Positions 56,325-64,000 of a stretch of 64,000 nt of DNA are shown here, piece by piece; positions within the stretch are counted from its first letter, which is position 1, and each line of letters starts with the position of its first letter. Location of the stretch: NCBI GenBank assembly GCA_963799485.1, contig CAWCXJ010000006.1, forward strand, positions 480,001 to 544,000, in the 5' to 3' direction. The notes beneath the pieces are model-generated. The model ran no database searches. It was not told the origin of the DNA and was given only the letters and a program-made list of their open reading frames with translations. This DNA is from an uncultured Trueperaceae bacterium. Lineage in GTDB: Bacteria; Deinococcota; Deinococci; Deinococcales; Trueperaceae. A program made the position numbers and the translations under genes.

Positions 56325-57310
56325 TAGCACTTCCAATATTTACCGCAACCGCATAAGCCAAGCTATGGGCAGCTGTTCCCTAGACTTACGGGAACGCATC
56401 GTCAAAGCGCATACCGAGAAAGGGCAGAGTAAAAGTGCCGTAGCCAGACGCTTTTTCGGAACCGGGAGCTTGGCGATAACACCTCATCCGGGTAGAAGGC
56501 GGCGGCTCGACGCAAAAGGTTGCGAGGTGTTGTGGCGGCAGGTTGAAGCCCGCCGTGATTGGACACCCCTGCAGCACGCTGCTACGCTTACCGAGACGAC
56601 CGGAGTCAAGCTCAAGAAGTCGTCAATAGGTAACTGGTAACTACCTCAAGCGCTTGGGGATCACGCATAGGTTAGATCCAAAGGCCCCCGGACTTATTCT
56701 CAAAAGAGCTTTGTTGCCAGCGAACGAAATGAAGAACGAGCCAGCTACCTAAACGACGTTACCCGTAAAAAGACGAAGCCACTTGTCTTTATCGACGAGA
56801 TGAGTGCTTACATCAAGCAGAGCCGTAAGTCCGGCTGGGCGGCAAGCGCGGAGCGTGTTTACGCTACCCGACCTAAAGGCAAGAAAGAGCGCGTCAGCTT
56901 GATTGCTACGATAGCCCTTAAAAACGGTAGAACAAGCCCTGGTTGCTCCTGATACGGTCGACAAAATTGCTTTGCTGAGCTTCCTCGAGTCCGCCCTACT
57001 GCTAACTCTTGCCAAAGGCAGTGGTTTAGGCTTGGACGACTGGCGCGTGCATCATGGTGCAGAGGTTGGCGAGCTGGTCGAACGTTTCGGTTGTTGACTC
57101 CCGTATATGCCGACCTGCTAACCTGACCTAAACCCCTGTGAACATCTCTTTGCCAAGCTCAAAGCCTTTATCAAAGCGCTTCGTCCCGAAACCTTAGACG
57201 CCCTCATTCACGCTTTTTGTGATGCAGTCAAAACTGTTACGCCTGAAAACGTCCTTGACTCATTGCTGCACTGCGGCTACAAGCTAGACCAATAATTCAT
57301 GGAAGTGCTA
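56325..57310 (+). mobile_element. IS630-family element, transposase pseudogene
   Basis: TIRs TAGCACTTCCA at both ends; SLDLRERIV, VFIDE, PDLNPCEHLFAKLK fragments with stops. Confidence 0.88.
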
Positions 57311-57530
57311 TCTTAACTGTTTGACGTCGATTTTCTCCGTCCCGCCATACTTTTGACGCCAGCAGTAGAAGCTCCACTCGCTGGTGCCGAGCACGCGGCA
57401 CGTTTCAGCGGACGGGCCCCTTTCCGGGTGCCGCTTTGTCCAAGACGCGGCTGTTTTTCCCCGGCTGGTCTCGCGCTCGAGCTGCCGCAAAATTGTCGAC
57501 GACCAGAGGAAGTCCCTTTAGGGATAATCT
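57308..57530 (-). mobile_element. IS3-family orfA remnant truncated by IS630
   Basis: CRVLGTSEWSFYCWRQKYGG..K..LR. Confidence 0.7.
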
Positions 57531-57792
57531 GTTCGGGGCTAGGTAAAGGCTAAGAGCCTTTGAGCTTTGCTCTAAGCCCTGTGGGTCTTTCGCACGGTCA
57601 TTCCTTTCAGCCTGACTCACATTCCGCTTGGCTCAGGTTTTTTGGGGTTACGTCAACTCTTAAGCGAGAGTTCGTGTTGAAGCGTCTTTTTAACCCCCAA
57701 CGTGACGATCAAGGCGCTGCCGCAGAGCTTTACCGTTGCATATGCCGAACCCGAGAAAAAGGCGTATCATCAAGACCTCATCTTGACGAGTG

Positions 57793-58974
57793 CTATACAT
57801 TAACGAGAAAGGCCGTCAGGTACATCACAACGAGCCCGGCGGTGAAACCTGCCAGGTTGGTTGCCGAGAGCCAGTTTGCCTCACTGCGTTTGGCAGTTCG
57901 CGCCAGGTAGCTGCCCACCTCGACGATGACCTGTAAGATAGCGCCCGCCCCGATACCCAAGAAAAGCGCCGCCCACTGCGCCGAGAAGGCGAACGCTCCT
58001 ATCCAGGTGCCGACGACGGCGGGTAATCCCGCTAAAGCGGCTAAACCGACAAACGTGAGCAAGCTGGTTTTGCGCTTGGTCAGGGGCGCGGCGATACCGA
58101 TGCCCTCGGTGATGTTGTGCAGGGTAAAGCCGACGACGAGGAAAGAGCCGAGCGCCGCCTCGCCGATGGCAAACGCCGCGCCGATGGCGAGCCCTTCGCC
58201 CAGGTTGTGTAGGCCGATGCCCGAGGACAGGTAGGTCGCTAGCGACAGACCTTCAGGCGCTTGTCCTTTGCGCCGCCCTACCACCAGCAGGACCAAAAAC
58301 GATAGCCCCGCTGCCAACCACACCAGGGCTCCTGCCTGGAACGCGCCCGCCGCGCCTGCGGCCAACTCGAGCCCTTCCTGCAACGTGTCTATGAGCAAGA
58401 ACGCCAGCAAGCCTAAAGTGAGGGCGAGCAAAAACTGCAAGCCCCGCCGCCCCAGCGTGCGCAAGTACGGGTAAAAAAGCAGGCCCAGCGTGACCGGCAC
58501 GACCCCGACGTAGATGCCCAGCAGGGCGAAAGCGAGCAGTCTACTCAAGGTAAAGGTGGGCGTCGGCGTCGCCACGGCAATCTCGTGCTGAAAGGACAAG
58601 CCCGTTTTGCTCAGGAGGGTGACGGCGTGCGCTTCGTTCTGGACCCAGGGGTAAGGGATGTCGAGCTGAGCGGTCTGCAAACGCCCCAGTTCGCCGGGCG
58701 GGGTCTGGGTGAACGCCCAGTACGCGCCGTCGACCTGCACCTGGGCGATGGCGACGGGCTCGCTCCCGTCGGCGCGGACCGTCAGGTGAATCCCGGTTTC
58801 GTCTAAAACGGTGCGCTCGACCGTAATTCTTTCGATAGGCGGGGCCGAGACGCCGAGGGGTTTCAGCGGGTCGGTGGCGAGAAAAAGCCAGATGAGCGCG
58901 CCCAGCAGAGCCAGGGGAATCGCCGCCCACAACCAGGCGAAACGCGCTTCTCGGTTCGTTGTCTGGGTACTCAC
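57793..58974 (-). CDS. ZIP-family metal transporter with N-terminal extracytoplasmic domain
   Basis: GIGLHNLGEGLAIG, TLHNITEGIGI; GTG start overlaps oxidase stop. Confidence 0.9.
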   Translation of the reverse strand: MSTQTTNREARFAWLWAAIPLALLGALIWLFLATDPLKPLGVSAPPIERITVERTVLDETGIHLTVRADGSEPVAIAQVQVDGAYWAFTQTPPGELGRLQTAQLDIPYPWVQNEAHAVTLLSKTGLSFQHEIAVATPTPTFTLSRLLAFALLGIYVGVVPVTLGLLFYPYLRTLGRRGLQFLLALTLGLLAFLLIDTLQEGLELAAGAAGAFQAGALVWLAAGLSFLVLLVVGRRKGQAPEGLSLATYLSSGIGLHNLGEGLAIGAAFAIGEAALGSFLVVGFTLHNITEGIGIAAPLTKRKTSLLTFVGLAALAGLPAVVGTWIGAFAFSAQWAALFLGIGAGAILQVIVEVGSYLARTAKRSEANWLSATNLAGFTAGLVVMYLTAFLVNV

Positions 58975-60065
58975 GCCCTCACCTCGAAAAGACTCATCCA
59001 GCCGAGTTCGGTGAACTCGGACTGGTGCGCGTGGAACATGTACTGACCGGGCTCGAAGCCGGCAAAGGAGAACTCTAAAATCCCCCGCTGGCCCTGGCAC
59101 TGCATCACGGTGTCGATGGTCTTTTGGGTCGGCGTGAGGGTCGTGCCGTGGTCGTAGTAGTCGAAGAAGTTGGCGTGCAGGTGAAACGAGTTGATAGGGT
59201 CGAACTCGGTCACGTTAATGAGGTAAACGCGCACGGGCCTGTCCCGCTCTATCTGGATAGGCTTTTTCAGGTAAGCGTGCGCCACCGAGTTGGCGGCGTA
59301 GACCTCGTTCGCGTCGTCGAAGTTGGTATCGAAGCCGTTCATGACCATCACGAACTCCTGCCAGGTCTTGTTTTCGGGGCTGCCTAAGAGCCTCGAGCGC
59401 GCCACCTCCGACTGCTCGGGATGCCGCTCGGGGTCGGGGTCGACGATAAACGCGCCGTAAAGCCCCTTGTGGATGTGACGCTTGAGCGGGATGGCGTGGC
59501 AGTGGTAGAGGTGACAGCCGAAGGGCTCGGCGTCGAACTCGTAGGTGAAACTCTCGCCCGGCTGAATCACCCCGCGCCCGACGCCCGCCACCCCGTCCAT
59601 AAAGGCCGAGTGAATCCCGTGAAAGTGGAGGGTGTGGGGGTGGCTGCCGCCGTTGCCGAAATGCACCCTGACCCGGTCTCCCTCGGTGGCGCGAAGGGTC
59701 GGGCCGGGCACGCGCCCGTTATAGGTCCAGGCGGGAAAGAACAAACCGGGGGCGATTTCTATCTCCTTGTCTACCGCAGCAACATCGAATTCGCGCAAGG
59801 TTTGGCCGGTGTCCAAAGTTGAAACGCGCCCCGTGTCCCAGTCGGTCAAGAGGTCGTGCGGGTCGAAGCCGTTGCGGTCGTTGTCCACCTCGCCCACGGT
59901 TGTCATGCCGTTTTCGCTCATGCCCTCGAGTTGGGGTGCGGCGGTGCCGGGCGTCGCCTCCTGCGCGCCGACGAAAGGGCTCATAAGTTGCCCCAGCAAG
60001 AACCCCGCCCCGCCGAAAAAACCGGTTTTCAGCAGTTCACGCCGCTCCGGGTTTTTAGGGTTCAC
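58971..60065 (-). CDS. Tat-exported two-domain multicopper oxidase
   Basis: ERRELLK Tat signal; HTLHFHG, YHCH...H....L, FHLH, FHAH. Confidence 0.9.
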   Translation of the reverse strand: MNPKNPERRELLKTGFFGGAGFLLGQLMSPFVGAQEATPGTAAPQLEGMSENGMTTVGEVDNDRNGFDPHDLLTDWDTGRVSTLDTGQTLREFDVAAVDKEIEIAPGLFFPAWTYNGRVPGPTLRATEGDRVRVHFGNGGSHPHTLHFHGIHSAFMDGVAGVGRGVIQPGESFTYEFDAEPFGCHLYHCHAIPLKRHIHKGLYGAFIVDPDPERHPEQSEVARSRLLGSPENKTWQEFVMVMNGFDTNFDDANEVYAANSVAHAYLKKPIQIERDRPVRVYLINVTEFDPINSFHLHANFFDYYDHGTTLTPTQKTIDTVMQCQGQRGILEFSFAGFEPGQYMFHAHQSEFTELGWMSLFEVRA

Positions 60066-60643
60066 GCGACCACCGCGCCGCGAATCAGCATGGCGGTATC
60101 TTTGGCGAGTACCTCTCGCCTGCTGCTGCGAGCGACGTGCACCAGCCCACCGAGGGGTTCTCGCCAGATGCCCTGAAACTGCACTCCCGGTTGGACGCCC
60201 AACAGAAGGTAGCTGAGCACATCCGAAGCCTGTACGAGGAACCGGGAAACCTGAAGCGCCAGGCCCGCTGCGACTTCGGCGAGCAGCATATTGGGCGTGT
60301 CCGGCAGGGTGCCGTTGGTTCTGGAGATGGGGTCGCCATATACCTCGTCCCGGTCGTAATCCAGATAGCCGATCAAAAAAGTTCCGACTAGCCGGTGCCG
60401 CCGTACCTGAAGGCGCGCCCCTTGCGCTCCAGCAGGGATCAGCTCGGCCCCGTGATAGCGGGTACGGTGCGCGAGTCCAGGGTCTCTCAGTTTGGTAAGC
60501 ATCCCCGCCACCGAGGCGTCTGACACGCCCGGCGCATCGGCAAGCCGGCGCATCGTAACCGAGCCACCCTGCGCGCCCTGCCAAAAGGTTTTAAGGTAAG
60601 CCTTAACTGACTCCAAGACATATTTTAATTTAAGTTTAGGCAT
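60062..60643 (-). pseudogene. DtxR/MntR-family repressor with internal deletion
   Basis: AYLK...GVSDASV.GML.KL, RRHRL, then DEVY joined directly to GDPI; FeoA-like tail. Confidence 0.75.
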
Positions 60644-60679
60644 ATCTAAATTATAATTTTACGTTACCCAAACTGTCAA
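60635..60679 (-). promoter_or_regulatory. Promoter TTGACA-N18-TATAAT and MntR/TroR-type operator TTTAG-N6-CTAAA
   Basis: -35 at 60679-60674, -10 at 60655-60650, palindrome 60635-60650 covering the ATG. Confidence 0.75.
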
Positions 60680-60714
60680 CCTCGCTACCCTCATGGATGA
60701 TTGATTTAGACTGA

Positions 60715-61500
60715 TGTGTGCGTTTTCTCTCCCGTTCGACTTGTCGCCGTTTTCTTGTTGTCGGTGGCCTTTACCTCGTGTACGCGCTCGTCGCAACCGC
60801 CTTTTTAACGGGCGTCGCCGGAAAACGGATTGTCGCCGCACCAGTCTTTTTGCCTTGCAAGGCGGGCACGGTTCCGGCAGGGTTTGAGCGAGCCCTCCTG
60901 AGTCCGGGATCACCCACCCAACCCGCGCGTCAGGTGTCCGGCGCAGCGCAGCTCCGGCTGCCCGACCTCAAGGTGCATGAAGCCGTACGACCTCCATACC
61001 GTCGGCAGCCAGGCGAGTAACGACCTGCGGCTCAAGTTCGGCGCGACTGTCTGAACACCGGGCGGGGCCGCTCGAGTGAGCGGCGAGCTCGAGGTCTACC
61101 AGTACCTCTACCCGCGAGGCGGAGGTCAAGCGCAGCAGGGCAGGCGCATCGGCACCTTCGACTACCATCAGCGTCACGGTCACCTGCAGACCTTTGCTCG
61201 CTACCAGCTCTGGTCGCCCGGGCCGCAGGGCGAACCGCTCGCGGTGGTGGCGACCAACGACAAAGTCGGCTTCTGCCTCCTGGATATCAAGCCGATCAGC
61301 CCGGAGCGCCCGTCTACGCGGGCTGCCGCGCCGACGTGCAGGGCATCTCAGTCGGCTACGGCGATAAGTACGTAGCTCAGCTCTACAAACAAGACCTCGA
61401 GCTGACGGGCCTGCCCGACGGCAATTACGCGCTTGTTACGGTAGCGATCCCGACAGGGAGATCGCCAGGTCGAGCAGACTGACAGTCGGCGTAAACGGCG
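60715..61500 (+). pseudogene. Lysyl oxidase-like gene, frameshifted
   Basis: Fragments RLPDL, LRLKFGATV, HQRHGHL..FARYQL, KVGFCLLD, QGISVGYGDKY, LTGLPDGNY; ends approximate. Confidence 0.72.
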
Positions 61501-61751
61501 CGTTAGTGTTCGGGAGTGCAGGGTCGGTGCCGAGTGTGCCCAAGACTTGGGTAGCGTTAAGCGGGGCACCACGGCAAACCGCCAGGCTAGCAAGGAACGG
61601 CCCCGGACGACCGCCTGTTCTGGCTAGATAACGGCGAAGAGAACATAGGCAAAGCTGGAGCCGCTGCATAACGCTGTTGATATGCACGCTTATTTCGCGC
61701 ACCCTCCGCTCGCGGGTAGTCGGGAGGACGCGCTCAGGTTAAGATAGTGCT

Positions 61752-62087
61752 ATGACCGTCTCGTGTGACGCTGTAGAACCAGGGGCCGAGCTGCTGCCCG
61801 CCGATGGGTTGATCGATGAGGCCGTCGACCTGCTTAAAGGTTTTGCCGATCACACGCGTTTCAAGATTCTGCTGCTGCTACGCCACGACGAGGTGTGCGT
61901 TCACCGGCTTTCCGAGATGCTAGAGATCAGTCAGTCGGCGGTAAGTCACCAGCTGCGCGTGCTGCGGGCGGCGCGTCTGGTGAGCTATAAAAAACGTGGG
62001 CGGCACGTCTTTTACCGTCTCGCCGACGACCACATCCGCGAGATGCTGACAAACGTCCTGTCTCACAGCGATGAGGTTCACGAGTAG
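61752..62087 (+). CDS. ArsR/SmtB-family metal-sensing repressor (alpha5 site)
   Basis: TRFKIL, EVCV, SQSAVSHQLRVLR, DDH...HSDE. Confidence 0.93.
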   Translation: MTVSCDAVEPGAELLPADGLIDEAVDLLKGFADHTRFKILLLLRHDEVCVHRLSEMLEISQSAVSHQLRVLRAARLVSYKKRGRHVFYRLADDHIREMLTNVLSHSDEVHE

Positions 62088-62201
62088 CGGCGGGCGCAGC
62101 CGGCCCGAACGTGCTTGACGGTAACTACTGAGCAGACAATCTATAGACGCGCAAGTACGAGAGCTGGCCGGTTGATCTCAAAAAGACCCGACAGGTCAAA
62201 G

Positions 62202-62231
62202 CAAACATATGAACATATAAGCATGTGTTTG
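62202..62231. promoter_or_regulatory. SmtB/CzrA-type operator
   Basis: CAAACATATG-N10-CATGTGTTTG inverted repeat just upstream of the ATPase -10 box. Confidence 0.75.
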
Positions 62232-62246
62232 TGGTAAATTTACGGT

Positions 62247-64000
62247 ATGACGACTACTCAGCTTGACCTAAACCTCGTCTTACCCGGTCACCCACCTAGA
62301 ACCGACGTGTGTCTGGAGACGCTCGAGCAAAAACTCGCGCAGACCAGGGGCGTCGAAAAGGCGCACTTCAAAAAAGAGAACGGCAAGACTGAACTTTGCG
62401 TCCACTACGACCCCGACCTGCTCAGTTTGGGCGACCTCGAGCGCGCCGCGAGCCGAGCCGGAGCCGAGGTGCAAGCGCGTTATAAACACGAAACCCTGCA
62501 GCTCGCCGGCCTCCACTGCGCCGACTGCGCAGGCTCCATCGAGGCGGTCACGAAGCGCCTGGACGGGGTGCTGAACGCCAGCGCCAACTACGCCACCGAA
62601 AAGCTGAACGTCACCTACGACGCGCAGAAGGTCGGCCGGGAACACATCAGCCGCGAGGTCAAAGGGCTCGGTTACCGCGTCAAGGGCGAGAACAAGCCTG
62701 TCACGCACCAAGACGACGAGTTAGAGGTCGGCGAGGCGGCGGAGCAAGAAGATACCGGCCACGGCGGCAAGGTTCTGGGCCTGCCGCTCGGCCTGGCGCT
62801 CAGCTTGCTGTCGGGAGCGGCGCTGATTGTCGGCTGGCTCGGCGAGAGCTTTTTCGGCTTTCCCTTCGCGCTGGCGCTGACGCTTTACCTCGTCGCTTAC
62901 GCCGCCGGGGGCTACGACGCCACCAAACACGCCGTCCGTGCGGCGCTCAAGGGCCGCTTCGACATCGACGTGCTTATGGTCGTCGCCGCCCTCGGCGCGG
63001 CGGCGCTGGGCGAGTGGCCCGAAGGGGCGCTGCTGCTCTTTTTGTTCAGCCTGGGGCACGCGCTCGAGCATTACACGATGGACCGTGCCCGCAACGCGAT
63101 TCGCGCGCTGGCCGATCTGACCCCCAAAACCGCGCGGGTCAGGCGCGACGGCGCAGAGCAGGAATTGCCCATAGCCAAACTCGTCATCGGCGACACCGTC
63201 ATCGTCCGCCCGGGCGAGCGGATGCCCGCCGACGGCGAGGTTTTAGAGGGTCGCAGCGCGGTCGATCAGGCCCCCATCACCGGCGAGTCCATGCCGGTGG
63301 AGAAAACGCCAGGGGACGACGTGTTCGCGGGCACCATCAACGGCGACGGCTCGCTCGTCTTTAAGACCACCAAAAACCCCGAGGACTCCACGCTCTCGCG
63401 CGTCGTGCAGATGGTCGAGCAGGCCCAGACCGCCAAAAGCCCCACGCAGCGCTTTACCGACCGCTTTCAGCGCATCTTCACCCCCGTGATTCTGGGGGTG
63501 ACCGCGCTGCTCATCGCCCTGCCGCCTCTGTTCGGCTTTCCCTTCGCGGAAAGTTTCATCCGCGCCATGACGCTCCTCGTCGCGGCCAGCCCCTGCGCGC
63601 TGGCGCTGGCGACGCCTTCGGCGGTGCTCTCGGGCATCGCGCGGGCCGCCAAGAGCGGCGTACTCATTAAAGGCGGGGTCCACCTCGAGAACGCCGGCAC
63701 CGCCCGGGTGGTGGTCTTCGACAAGACCGGCACCCTGACCGAGGGCAGGCCCGTAGTCACCGACCTGTGGACGCCCCAGGGCGATAAGCAAACCGACCGA
63801 GATGAACTGCTGGCCCTGGCCGCCGCCGTGGAGAGCAAGAGTGCCCACCCGCTGGCCAAGGCCATCGTGCAGGCCGCAGAAGCCAAGGGGCTAAAGCTGC
63901 CCCGGACCGGCGACCTCGAGTCCTCGACCGGCAAAGGGGTAAGCGCGCCGGTGGACGGTCAGCCGCTGCGCATCGGCACCCGCACGCTGATGCAGGAGGC
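62247..64000 (+). CDS. Heavy-metal P1B-type ATPase (CadA/ZntA-like), truncated by window end
   Basis: HMA GLHCADC, TGES, SPCAL, DKTGT, HPLA; not in ORF track because no stop in window. Confidence 0.95.
   Translation, partial: MTTTQLDLNLVLPGHPPRTDVCLETLEQKLAQTRGVEKAHFKKENGKTELCVHYDPDLLSLGDLERAASRAGAEVQARYKHETLQLAGLHCADCAGSIEAVTKRLDGVLNASANYATEKLNVTYDAQKVGREHISREVKGLGYRVKGENKPVTHQDDELEVGEAAEQEDTGHGGKVLGLPLGLALSLLSGAALIVGWLGESFFGFPFALALTLYLVAYAAGGYDATKHAVRAALKGRFDIDVLMVVAALGAAALGEWPEGALLLFLFSLGHALEHYTMDRARNAIRALADLTPKTARVRRDGAEQELPIAKLVIGDTVIVRPGERMPADGEVLEGRSAVDQAPITGESMPVEKTPGDDVFAGTINGDGSLVFKTTKNPEDSTLSRVVQMVEQAQTAKSPTQRFTDRFQRIFTPVILGVTALLIALPPLFGFPFAESFIRAMTLLVAASPCALALATPSAVLSGIARAAKSGVLIKGGVHLENAGTARVVVFDKTGTLTEGRPVVTDLWTPQGDKQTDRDELLALAAAVESKSAHPLAKAIVQAAEAKGLKLPRTGDLESSTGKGVSAPVDGQPLRIGTRTLMQE

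Noticed and set aside
58971..60065. Copper nitrite reductase NirK
   Set aside because: HTLHFH replaces the NirK HNIDFH (no catalytic Asp), and the full set of trinuclear-cluster HxH motifs is present.
58971..60584. 537-aa oxidase and 435-aa ZIP with long N-terminal extensions
   Set aside because: The extensions overlap the upstream genes; GTGA-coupled starts at 60065 and 58974 give a proper Tat signal and TM start.

Overview
About 60% GC chromosomal window whose genes resemble those of Deinococcota (Truepera-like). Evidence for this includes the Deinococcus-Thermus-type insert in DnaE, many genes with a -10 box directly before the start codon, and strong CTCGAG over-representation. Housekeeping genes (recA, cinA, nfo, rpmE, phoU/phoB/phoR-like, dnaE, pfkA, cspA, dnaJ, sucAB, tRNA-Met, tRNA-Ser) alternate with three accessory zones. 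(1) A ~9 kb integrase element in tRNA-Met (16187-25254) with phage-satellite-like organisation: excisionase, AAA replication protein with internal iterons, HTH/TerS-like genes, a divergent repressor switch, and no capsid or tail genes. It carries an AT-rich two-gene cargo of unknown function, the best candidate for an undescribed anti-phage system. (2) A cluster of decayed IS elements (ISAs1, IS630, IS5) containing one intact IS110 recombinase. Its non-coding left end folds into a readable bridge RNA whose guides match its own donor junction and insertion site. (3) An IS-bordered metal island: DtxR/MntR - two-domain multicopper oxidase - ZIP operon, a lysyl-oxidase pseudogene, and ArsR - P1B ATPase. 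All calls come from reading sequence motifs by eye; no database searches were run.
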